Source: Candidatus Doudnabacteria bacterium
GTDB lineage: Bacteria; Patescibacteriota; Doudnabacteria; UBA920; O2-02-FULL-48-8
Length of the DNA: 64,000 nt
Assembly (NCBI GenBank): GCA_037200925.1
Contig: JBBCGO010000001.1
Span: forward strand, 601,607 to 665,606
Reading direction: 5' to 3'
Below the pieces are notes generated by a model. The model ran no database searches and was not told where the DNA came from. It worked only from the letters and a program-made list of their open reading frames with translations. Position numbers and translations under genes: made by a program. Within the stretch, counting starts at the first letter, position 1; each line of letters starts with the position of its first letter. Positions 39,763 through 47,864 of the stretch are shown here, one piece after another.

Positions 39763-40155
39763 ATGACAGATACATCAAATAAAAAAATACTTATTGTAGA
39801 AGATGAGATGTCCCAGCGGAAAGCTCTTGTGGATAAATTTACACGGGAAGGTTTTCAGGTTGTTTCGGCCAGAGACGGCGAGGAAGGATTGAGCACCGCC
39901 CTTAAGGAAAAACCCGACCTAATTCTCCTCGACATTGTAATGCCCAAAATGGACGGCATGACCATGCTCAAAAAACTGAGGCAAGAGAACGAATGGAGCA
40001 AAACTGTTCCTGTGATAATGCTTACGAACTTAAGCGCCGATGACGATAAAATAATGAAGGGAGTCACTGAAGATCTACCTTCATATTATTTGGTGAAATC
40101 AAACTGGGCGATCAATGATGTGGTGGAAAAGGTCAAAGACCGTCTTTCTCAATAA
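39763..40155 (+). CDS. Stand-alone response-regulator receiver (CheY-like) protein
   Basis: The acidic pocket DE-D (EDE...D), the phospho-acceptor LLDIVMP and a conserved K are present. Confidence 0.8.
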   Translation: MTDTSNKKILIVEDEMSQRKALVDKFTREGFQVVSARDGEEGLSTALKEKPDLILLDIVMPKMDGMTMLKKLRQENEWSKTVPVIMLTNLSADDDKIMKGVTEDLPSYYLVKSNWAINDVVEKVKDRLSQ

Positions 40156-40161
40156 AATTAT

Positions 40162-40629
40162 ATGCCGGAATCAGCAAGTGCTTTAGAAAATAGACCCAGC
40201 ACGGATAGTCCTGATATCATTGAAAACCAAAAAGAGCAACTGAGTCCGCTTGAGAAAAAAATAGAAGAACTCCGTGATCTGGAAGGGATCATTGGTGCTC
40301 TGGATTTGGATTATAATTTCCAGAATAGTGAATCAGATCTCGTTGTAAAAAAAGACAGTAGCGTGAAGACCCATGTCAACAAGATATTGGATCGGATCAG
40401 ACAAGGATATGAAGGTAAGTTAAAAGGTAAGGATATTGCTGAGCATATCAAGCACGTTCTTTTCGAAGGAAATTTAAAAGAACAAGATCTGACAGATAGG
40501 ATAAATAATATTTATGCCGATCTTGCAAATTTAGAGGAACGGTTGCAGTCGGCTAAAACTGAGGATGATATAAGCAATTCAATTCAACCTATTGTAGATA
40601 AATATGGAGGCCAGGACTGGCCGGAATAA
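40162..40629 (+). CDS. Hypothetical protein, likely co-operonic with the histidine kinase and response regulator
   Basis: The ORF lies 7 nt after the response-regulator stop. No recognisable domain was found. Confidence 0.4.
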   Translation: MPESASALENRPSTDSPDIIENQKEQLSPLEKKIEELRDLEGIIGALDLDYNFQNSESDLVVKKDSSVKTHVNKILDRIRQGYEGKLKGKDIAEHIKHVLFEGNLKEQDLTDRINNIYADLANLEERLQSAKTEDDISNSIQPIVDKYGGQDWPE

Positions 40630-40667
40630 TAAATTAAAAAAGCCCTCCGTGCGGAGGGCTTTTTTAA

Positions 40668-41252
40668 TTAGTTTTGCAGGGGTAATTGATTCAATTGATT
40701 TAAAATTTGGTTTACCGCCAATACCCAGTTTGCATTGGGATGCCCGACATATCGGTTCACGATTTTTTTCGGAGTGTCTGCGCCGGCCGCAATATATTTG
40801 GTGGCCAGCAGCTGGTCGACGTCTGCGAACCCTTCAGAGAAAGACTCGTAGCGTTTCAGGTTCCAAGCGCCGCCCACGCCCCAGCAATTGTTGTACATCT
40901 GATGCTTGCAGAGTGTTGATTCTCCGTTGGAAATGGCCAAAACCAATTTCCAATTGTCATTCTGTAAGATGTCAGCGGCATATGGCGCCAAAGGCGAATT
41001 TTTTTGCTCCAGATAAGTTTGTAAGATCGCGATGTTCGGATCCGGTTGTTCGGGCTGTTGGGTTTGAAGCACATCCGCAGCCTGATCGTTATTGTTCTGC
41101 ACAAGCGGAGCCAGATCAGTAAGATTGACGTTTTGTAGTGTTTGTATTTCAAGGACGAGTTTTGTGTTTTGTGTTTGGGCTGAAGCTGAGTATGGCAGTA
41201 ATGAAACCGCCGAAGTCACAATCAGTGTAGCCAAGACAAAACGGGCTGTCAT
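40668..41252 (-). CDS. Secreted paralog carrying the SNGES...C...NCWGVGG domain
   Basis: A GGGGAAA RBS precedes the ATG at 41252. The signal peptide is MTARFVLATLIVTSAVSLLPYSASA. The C-terminal domain is homologous to 36010..36693. Confidence 0.5.
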   Translation of the reverse strand: MTARFVLATLIVTSAVSLLPYSASAQTQNTKLVLEIQTLQNVNLTDLAPLVQNNNDQAADVLQTQQPEQPDPNIAILQTYLEQKNSPLAPYAADILQNDNWKLVLAISNGESTLCKHQMYNNCWGVGGAWNLKRYESFSEGFADVDQLLATKYIAAGADTPKKIVNRYVGHPNANWVLAVNQILNQLNQLPLQN

Positions 41253-41419
41253 TGAATATTTCCCCACGCGTTCATAATCCAGGAACCGGGTCACTCTGCT
41301 GAGGTTGCAATTCAGGAAAGTTCACATTGAAGTGAGGACCCAGGTATGGGCAATAAACGGTTCGGTAGACCTTTAAATATTCTTAAAGAGCTGTTGCGCG
41401 GTTTTACATAGTTTGAATT

Positions 41420-41550
41420 AGCGAGGGTGTTGCAGAAAAAAGAATTCTGAGGCCGAAGTCACATTGCCGTGACGAGGCCGAGGACTTAGGTGTAAATTTG
41501 TGACTAGCAAATTTATACCGTCTTTTTTCGCAATACCCGAGCGCCCTATG
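41420..41550 (+). repeat. Element 'A': a conserved 27-nt box (AGCGAGGGTGTTGCAGAAAAAAGAATT), variable hairpins and a terminator-like hairpin with T6. It is a candidate small RNA.
   Basis: The 27-mer and the block CGTCTTTTTTYGCAATRCCCGAGCGYCCT are both repeated in inverse orientation at 63195-63300. Confidence 0.45.
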
Positions 41551-41599
41551 TTGCCTGCCCCCGCCTGGCACGGGGCCAGGACGGGGTACGCAACTATCA

Positions 41600-41628
41600 A
41601 TATTAGCAAAAAAAAGCTATTTTGTCAA
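41600..41628 (-). promoter_or_regulatory. Minus-strand sigma70-like promoter: TTGACA, a 17-nt spacer, then TAATAT
   Basis: The reverse strand reads ctaTTGACAaaatagcttttttttgcTAATAT. A near-identical cassette lies at 44929-44957. Confidence 0.4.
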
Positions 41629-41725
41629 TAGCCGGAGGAAGAGGGCAAAAGGCCAAATTGCCCTTAATATATTGGGTATATTTGGTCAAAATAAAAAAGG
41701 TTTCTGACAAAATGTCAGAAACCTG

Positions 41726-42508
41726 TTAGCCCAGGTGGTCGACCAAAAAATCGGTCGTGTAACTGACCACTTTGGGAACGTGTGCGTCCAGCCGGTGGTT
41801 GCCGCCGCTGATCACCATCAGCTCCATTTTGGGATAGAGCCCGATCAGTTTTTTGGATTGCTCCAGCGGAATGGACTCATCGTTCTCGCCGTGGATGATC
41901 ATGACCGGACATTTGATGTGGCCGGCCTCGGCGTAGAAATCGATCCCCTTGCCTACAGGCAGCATGATGCGGTTCTCGACGCGGCCGTTTGGGCCGTCGA
42001 AGCTGTACATGTCCTGCCTGACTTCGCTGAAGTCCAAACGGGGCGAGATGAGGACGCCGCAGCGGAATGCGGCCGGATGATAAGCCATTGCCAGCAATGC
42101 TGCGGAAGCTCCGATCGAAGCGCCCACGATCCCGATGCCTCTGGGATTGACCCGCGGATTGGTCACAAGATATGCGCAGGCGGCGGCAACATCTTCCGCC
42201 TCGGTGGAAACGCTGATTTGGCGGATGTCGCCTTCAGAATCTCCGTGTCCGCGGAAGTCGAATGACAGTGAGCCGATCCCTTCTTGGGCCAGCTTTGTGG
42301 CCAGCATGGAGTTGCGCGCTCCCTGCCGGTTGGATTTCCAGCCATGCAGCAGCAGAACGATGTTGACTTCGTTCGTACCACGCGGCATCGTCATGGTTCC
42401 TGTGAGCATACTATCGTCTACCGTCGGAAAGCGAACAGTCTCGGACATGGTTCTACCTCCTTTTCCGAATCCTTCTGTGAGTTTTGCGAACCAGGAAGTA
42501 TACTTCAT
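41726..42508 (-). CDS. Alpha/beta hydrolase (dienelactone hydrolase / BAAT-like), GC about 58%
   Basis: The nucleophile elbow is GASIGAS. A HGW...GHGDS N-terminal region is present, and the catalytic His lies near the C-terminus. Confidence 0.65.
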   Translation of the reverse strand: MKYTSWFAKLTEGFGKGGRTMSETVRFPTVDDSMLTGTMTMPRGTNEVNIVLLLHGWKSNRQGARNSMLATKLAQEGIGSLSFDFRGHGDSEGDIRQISVSTEAEDVAAACAYLVTNPRVNPRGIGIVGASIGASAALLAMAYHPAAFRCGVLISPRLDFSEVRQDMYSFDGPNGRVENRIMLPVGKGIDFYAEAGHIKCPVMIIHGENDESIPLEQSKKLIGLYPKMELMVISGGNHRLDAHVPKVVSYTTDFLVDHLG

Positions 42509-42521
42509 TTGGAGTTGTTTG

Positions 42522-43973
42522 TCAATGCCGCAGCAGGTTGCCCATGGAGCTTAGTATCTCCCCGTAGAGCGGCTTGATCTTATTCGTTGCTTCCGCGATC
42601 GTGTGCGGAAAAATAAATTTAAACAATCTGGGCACGCCCTGCATTATCGGCTGATTCAATCTTGGGACTGGGTCGATGATAATAAATTCCCGATCATTTT
42701 TCAGTTCGTGCAAAAAAGCCCCGGGTCTTAAATATTCCAATGCTTTTTCTTTTTCATGGTAAGTGTAGATCCCGCAGGCAAGATTGACCTTCATCGTTTC
42801 GATGCCATAAGGCACGATCGCAATATGGGCAACATTGTGCGGTTGTTTCCATGCGTCGTTGACTGCGTTGAAATCGAACTGGACCGGTATTTTCAGATAA
42901 GATACCAGGGTAAAAAAATCTATAGGCGGAACGCCTGTCAATAAATTAAGCTGGGAATATACGGGAATAGCGCCCGTGAATCTGGGATTGCACTCTAGGG
43001 GATAAAGGTCGTTTTTCTCCTGATCCAAGATAAAATCTATTCCAAAAATCCCTGTATATCCCCGGCGGTACAGCCAATGGCCGATCGTTTCAACGATCTT
43101 TTGCGCTTTTTTTTCGGTTTCCGAAGACCACGGATGGAACCCCCAGTCATGGCCGAAAAAATGCCCTGAGGCCGGATGCCCGTGCAGCGATTCCGGAACG
43201 TCCACTAATTGCAGCTGCAATGTTGAAGTCAGCACGCCTTGTTCCGTGGCGCATCCGAGCATGCTTAAGGCATTGCCCGTGACGAAAGGAGTAAGTTTGA
43301 TCGTATGCACTTTTTCAAATTTTTCGGAGATCACCGTTTGTTTTGCCAGCAAGAGGTCCTGTTCGGAATGGATGAACATCGTGCCGCCTGAAATTTCATA
43401 GTCCCCGGGTTGTACGACAACGCTGCTCCCCCAGCGTTTGAAAATTTCCTCAAAATTTTTATCCCGAAATTCCGCGACGGACAGCGTCCAGTCTTCGAGA
43501 TGCTTGAGTTTTAAAGATTTTAAAAGATTGCGGAAAGTGTCTTTGTGAAGCACCGGATCAAAGGATTTCGGATCATTGCCGATCCAGGGAATATTTTCGG
43601 CATTCAGAAAATCAACGATCGGTTTGGTGGTCTGATAAAAAAGCAGCGTATATTGGGATCTCTGATTTTTAAGAAACCCCTGGAACATATAATTTTTAAG
43701 AAGATATCCGGTGGATTGGACTTTCAGGGCGATCTTGGGGTTTTTCTGTTCCAGACAGTAAATATTGGCGTAGTTTTGAAGCACATCAATGTCAGCCGAA
43801 TCTCTGACGCAATATATCTGGTAATGGGACCGGCGCATAAAAAAAGCCGGAATTATCCGCTGGTACGGCGCCACTCCCACAGCGATGATTTGTTGCAGAT
43901 GGAGCTGTTCAATTACGTCATCCAGGTTCCGGACGTATTTGCGCCAAGAATGTGTGAGATCGTTCATGAACAT
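42522..43973 (-). CDS. ATP-grasp family protein (putative peptide or amino-acid ligase)
   Basis: The C-terminal half carries ATP-grasp signatures including LECNPRFTG. The stop lies 14 nt upstream of the start of the hydrolase gene. Confidence 0.6.
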   Translation of the reverse strand: MFMNDLTHSWRKYVRNLDDVIEQLHLQQIIAVGVAPYQRIIPAFFMRRSHYQIYCVRDSADIDVLQNYANIYCLEQKNPKIALKVQSTGYLLKNYMFQGFLKNQRSQYTLLFYQTTKPIVDFLNAENIPWIGNDPKSFDPVLHKDTFRNLLKSLKLKHLEDWTLSVAEFRDKNFEEIFKRWGSSVVVQPGDYEISGGTMFIHSEQDLLLAKQTVISEKFEKVHTIKLTPFVTGNALSMLGCATEQGVLTSTLQLQLVDVPESLHGHPASGHFFGHDWGFHPWSSETEKKAQKIVETIGHWLYRRGYTGIFGIDFILDQEKNDLYPLECNPRFTGAIPVYSQLNLLTGVPPIDFFTLVSYLKIPVQFDFNAVNDAWKQPHNVAHIAIVPYGIETMKVNLACGIYTYHEKEKALEYLRPGAFLHELKNDREFIIIDPVPRLNQPIMQGVPRLFKFIFPHTIAEATNKIKPLYGEILSSMGNLLRH

Positions 43974-44095
43974 ATTATAAGCTATTGACGGCTTTTGCTC
44001 TATAACGAAGAAGAACCAGATAAGCGTAAGCTATATCTGGTTCTTTTCTTTTGCCCGTCCCCTGTTGGTAAGACGGAGCGATGTGCGATCGTGAA

Positions 44096-44764
44096 TTAGA
44101 TGCTGCGGCTGATTGCCTCGGCCAGCGGCAGACCCCGAAGCGGATGGGTTTCCTTGCCGCCCTCGATTGAGGTGAACCGGTCAGCGATGAGCGGGATGTT
44201 CTCCGCGCTCGCCGCAGGGAATGGTCCGTGGCTTTTGCGCACTACGGTGAAATGCTCCTTGCCGCGGGTGACCGTCATCTTGTCGACGGCGAGAACGATG
44301 TTGCCGTCGGCCTGTCGGTTGAGCCGGATGACGAAGAAGAATCGAAGTCCTTCCCCTGCCTTATCAAGGCCGTGGAGCGGCATTGAGTAGACATAGTCGC
44401 CATTGTCGCGCTTGGCCTGCGTCTTGTCAAAATCCCAAAGCTTGCCTTTGCGATCATCGGTGACCATGGCAAGATTGGCATAGCGGCCAATCGGCAGCGG
44501 AGTGACCAGCTTTACCATCATGTGCCCGCCGTAACGAGTGAACACGTCGATGACATGGTGCGGGATGTCCACTGTTCCGTTCTGGTCGATCTCGGCCGGG
44601 ATGGCGAAGTGCTTGGTCGGATCTGGCCGCGTTTTTGTGCGCGCCCAGTTGACCTTGGCGTCCTTGCCGAGCAGACTCTCGAGCTCCCGGTAGGATGCCT
44701 GCGTGCTCTTGATCCGGAAACCGAACTCGAGCCTGGCATTTTCATCGAGCGCATACTGCTTCAC
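44096..44764 (-). CDS. Hypothetical protein, GC about 60% and compositionally atypical
   Basis: An AAGGAGGG RBS and a GTG start are present. No recognisable domain was found. Confidence 0.45.
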   Translation of the reverse strand: MKQYALDENARLEFGFRIKSTQASYRELESLLGKDAKVNWARTKTRPDPTKHFAIPAEIDQNGTVDIPHHVIDVFTRYGGHMMVKLVTPLPIGRYANLAMVTDDRKGKLWDFDKTQAKRDNGDYVYSMPLHGLDKAGEGLRFFFVIRLNRQADGNIVLAVDKMTVTRGKEHFTVVRKSHGPFPAASAENIPLIADRFTSIEGGKETHPLRGLPLAEAISRSI

Positions 44765-44928
44765 GATACTACCCTCCTTAAAATCAACCTCACAAGCGTG
44801 AAGTTGTGCATGTATTATTTACCCCATACCGGGCTTGTGCCGTTATGGCATCCGCTTCTACAGTCTCTTCAGAAACTACAGGAGCGGAGGCCAAAAGGCG
44901 GGTTTTATAAGGAACTACTAGATTTTAC

Positions 44929-44957
44929 ATATTAGCACAAAAAGGTGGTTTTGTCAA
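44929..44957 (-). promoter_or_regulatory. Minus-strand sigma70-like promoter: TTGACA, a 17-nt spacer, then TAATAT
   Basis: The reverse strand reads ctaTTGACAaaaccacctttttgtgcTAATAT. It sits about 165 nt upstream of the GTG start at 44764. Confidence 0.45.
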
Positions 44958-45029
44958 TAGTAATGACGTGGCCATAACAAAAACCCCGCTTTTAGAGCGG
45001 AGTGGCTGCTTTTTTTATCGCGAGATGCT

Positions 45030-46016
45030 TCACCAGATAATCAGAACGGCCATAACACCTATTCCAATGACAAGAGTGGATGTAATTATTGCATTAACCG
45101 GTGTTGCAAATAAACTTTTTGCGGACTGAACAAGCGTTTGGCCTGAGGTTGGCGAAGTTGTGGTGAGGGAAGGTACTGTTTCCGGGAGCGGAGAAGGAGT
45201 TGCCGGAATGGCAACCGGGGTTGGCGAAGGAGTAGCTGGCGGAGTCGGTGTCGGTGTGGAAGCGGGAGTAGGTGAAGGTGTGGCCTCCGGAGTCGTTGTT
45301 GGCGTGGTTGAAGTAGGATTAACCGATATGGGGCCTTCTGACGGTATGGCATCAGTGAATACCACAAGCCGTTGGGGGTACATACCGTTAACCTGATTCC
45401 AAATTCCTTCGCAGGTAATAAGATTTAAGTGCGCTAGGCCGTCGGTAGATGTGAAAACAGTCGTGGCATCCGCATCCCGGTCAAATGAATTGATGGCGCG
45501 GACCTGGAATGCAAGAGTTTCATTTTTATCATCCAGTATATATATTTTATCGCCGACCCGCAGCTTGTCCAAATTATAAAAAACCCATGGCACTCCGTTG
45601 CTGATGCCGAAGTGTCCGCCGATGACCGCGCTTCCCGTATCGCCGGGGTGTGGACCCAAGGCAAACCAGGCAACATTCACAGAACCGGCCGGCACATCCA
45701 TTCTCCCGTCAGAAGTGATGAGTGCGTCCTCAATTAAAGAGTCCACTCCTATAACCGGGATCTGAAGGCGGACCGGGAGTCCTGAAGGTATGCCTCCAGG
45801 ATCGCGGATGTCGGAATAAGCGACCTGGCCGCCCGATCCGGTTGTCGGGAATTTCGTTACCGGGAATTTCCAGCCGAAAAGCGCATCGGGTACGAGTGTC
45901 ACCGGCTTATTCTTGTTGAGGTGAGGCAACAACAGCAAATACCCGGCTCCCAATATTACTATGGAAACAATTACGATCAATATTCTTTTTAATCTTGATT
46001 TGGATTTTCTTTTCAT
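45030..46016 (-). CDS. Sortase-family transpeptidase with an N-terminal TM, a PT-rich linker and a C-terminal TM
   Basis: The catalytic TLxTC-type motif HLNLITCEGIW is present, with the conserved His region GGHFGI. Confidence 0.75.
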   Translation of the reverse strand: MKRKSKSRLKRILIVIVSIVILGAGYLLLLPHLNKNKPVTLVPDALFGWKFPVTKFPTTGSGGQVAYSDIRDPGGIPSGLPVRLQIPVIGVDSLIEDALITSDGRMDVPAGSVNVAWFALGPHPGDTGSAVIGGHFGISNGVPWVFYNLDKLRVGDKIYILDDKNETLAFQVRAINSFDRDADATTVFTSTDGLAHLNLITCEGIWNQVNGMYPQRLVVFTDAIPSEGPISVNPTSTTPTTTPEATPSPTPASTPTPTPPATPSPTPVAIPATPSPLPETVPSLTTTSPTSGQTLVQSAKSLFATPVNAIITSTLVIGIGVMAVLIIW

Positions 46017-46033
46017 TGTTTTTTTACCGTTCT

Positions 46034-46978
46034 TTAGGATTTGCGCTTATTTACCGGCTTCCCGAATTTTCTCCGGTAGACGAATCCGATAATAAGCAGC
46101 ACTAGAAGGCCGGCCAAGATCTCCCACACAATACTTTTGCTGTTATTGTTGACCGATCCTGTTTCCGGGAAATTGGGATTTGCCTGAGCAGTCGCGGCAG
46201 GCGAAGTGGCTACGTAGACGGTAAGAGCCACGTTATCTGAAGCCTGCAAACCGTTGGCAAAACCAGTTACTGTAGCTGTGTTCGTGGTTGTTTGCGTCAG
46301 GGTCGTGTCGCAGGTATAGATCCAGGCTTCACTAACATCCAGAAGATTGTTGCCGTTAGTGTCTCCCAGCTTGTTGGATATAGCGCTGCACTTATTGTCA
46401 GTAACGGTCACGTAGCTTAAAGGCACCACTCCCGGATTGGTGACCCTATAAGTATAGGTGATCTTGCCCCCTTCGGGAGGCAGGGATAAAGGGTAAGCAA
46501 CTTTGGTGATGTTGATAATGCTGACCAGCGGAGGCGGAGTCTTGGAACCGACAACGACGGTGGCATATGCCTGGTGCGTTGCGGTTATATCATTGGCAGT
46601 GCCAGTGGCTGTGGCAGTGCTTTGGGTAGTTTGGGAAACGGTTTTTGTACAGGTAAATCTCCATGTCTCGCTAAAGTCCAACTTTTTATCACCGTTGTCG
46701 TCGCCTTCTGAAAATTTAACAGGGCTGCAGTTGTCGTCAGAAACCTTTATGTCGGTCAAAGGCACTTCTTGAAGAAAATTCTTGACCGCATATTTGTATG
46801 TTACCTTGCCGGGTCCTTTCGGCAGTGCCAGCGGCTCCGGCACTTCGGTTATGCCGATCAAGGGAACATATAAAACGCTCGGGCTGGTTTGGGCAAGACT
46901 CGCCTTTGTGCCGTATCCAAATACCAATGCCGCGGCCAGTATCAGAACAAGGCCCGATGATTTAACTGTTTGTTTCAT
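46034..46978 (-). CDS. Surface protein with tandem DUF11-like repeat domains and a C-terminal cell-wall sorting signal (NFPETG + TM + RRKFGK)
   Basis: A signal peptide is present. The repeats read D-NCSPV...GDDNGD..LD..E.W.YTCT and GKITYTYRVTNPGVVPL. The C-terminus carries the tripartite sorting signal. Confidence 0.7.
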   Translation of the reverse strand: MKQTVKSSGLVLILAAALVFGYGTKASLAQTSPSVLYVPLIGITEVPEPLALPKGPGKVTYKYAVKNFLQEVPLTDIKVSDDNCSPVKFSEGDDNGDKKLDFSETWRFTCTKTVSQTTQSTATATGTANDITATHQAYATVVVGSKTPPPLVSIINITKVAYPLSLPPEGGKITYTYRVTNPGVVPLSYVTVTDNKCSAISNKLGDTNGNNLLDVSEAWIYTCDTTLTQTTTNTATVTGFANGLQASDNVALTVYVATSPAATAQANPNFPETGSVNNNSKSIVWEILAGLLVLLIIGFVYRRKFGKPVNKRKS

Positions 46979-46989
46979 ATTAAATTATT

Positions 46990-47769
46990 TTAATTACTTT
47001 TTTTATTTATAACCTTGATGGTCAGAGCGACATTATCAGTGGCCTGCAAACCGTTGGCAAAGGCGGTAACATGAGCCGTATCTGTTGTTGTTTGCGTCAG
47101 AGTTGCGGTGCATGTATAAACCCAGATTTCATTTATATCCAAAAGATTATTGCCGTTGGTATCTCCGAGTCTGCCGGACATATCGGTGCATTTATCGTCA
47201 GTGACCGTTACATTGCTTAAAGGCACTACGCCCGGATTGCCGACTCGGAAAGTATAGGTGATCTTGCCCCCTGCGATGGGCAAGGGTAAAGGATAGGCAA
47301 TTTTGGTGACGTTAACAATACTGACCAGCGGGGGCGGAGTCTTGGAGCCGACAACAACAGTGGCATAGGCTTTATGTGTTGCGGTTAGGTTATTGGCAAC
47401 TCCTGTTGCCGTCGCAGTGCTGAGAGTCGTTTGGGAAAGTTTTGCAGTGCAGGTATATCTCCATGTTTCATTATAATCAAGTCTGGCATTGCGATTGTCA
47501 TCGCCGGTTACAAACCTGACAGGGCTGCAGTTGTCATCGACAACCCTGACACCGGCCAAAGGCGCTTCTTTAACGAAACTTTTAACCGCATAACTGTAAG
47601 TGATGTTACCCGGCCCATTCGGCAGTGCCAGCGGTTTGGGCACAGATGTAATGCCGATCAAAGGGACATATAATGTTTGTGCCAGCACCGTCTTTAAAGC
47701 GTAAACAGATACGAATCCGATTAGCAGTATCAGCACAAAACTTACTATTGATTTAATCGTTTGTTTCAT
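46990..47769 (-). CDS. Tandem paralog of the DUF11-repeat surface protein, lacking the sorting signal
   Basis: About 70% identity to 46034..46978 over two repeat domains. The C-terminus ends KVINKKSN with no anchor. Confidence 0.65.
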   Translation of the reverse strand: MKQTIKSIVSFVLILLIGFVSVYALKTVLAQTLYVPLIGITSVPKPLALPNGPGNITYSYAVKSFVKEAPLAGVRVVDDNCSPVRFVTGDDNRNARLDYNETWRYTCTAKLSQTTLSTATATGVANNLTATHKAYATVVVGSKTPPPLVSIVNVTKIAYPLPLPIAGGKITYTFRVGNPGVVPLSNVTVTDDKCTDMSGRLGDTNGNNLLDINEIWVYTCTATLTQTTTDTAHVTAFANGLQATDNVALTIKVINKKSN

Positions 47770-47864
47770 GTTTGATTATTCCGATTCTTGCTTATAGCTT
47801 AACATTTTTCGGCAACTTTGTATTGTTCGTCTGTGGGTAAGTTGAATACTTTTTTCCGGGTTTT

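Noticed and set aside
41295-41725. Intergenic region screened for RNase P RNA, SRP RNA and tmRNA signatures
   Set aside because: I could not find the universally conserved blocks (GGAAAGUCCGG / ACAGAACCCGGCUUA for RNase P, the GGAAGCAG domain-IV motif for SRP, or a tRNA-like 3' end with GGGG 5' for tmRNA). It is reported only as an element A candidate.
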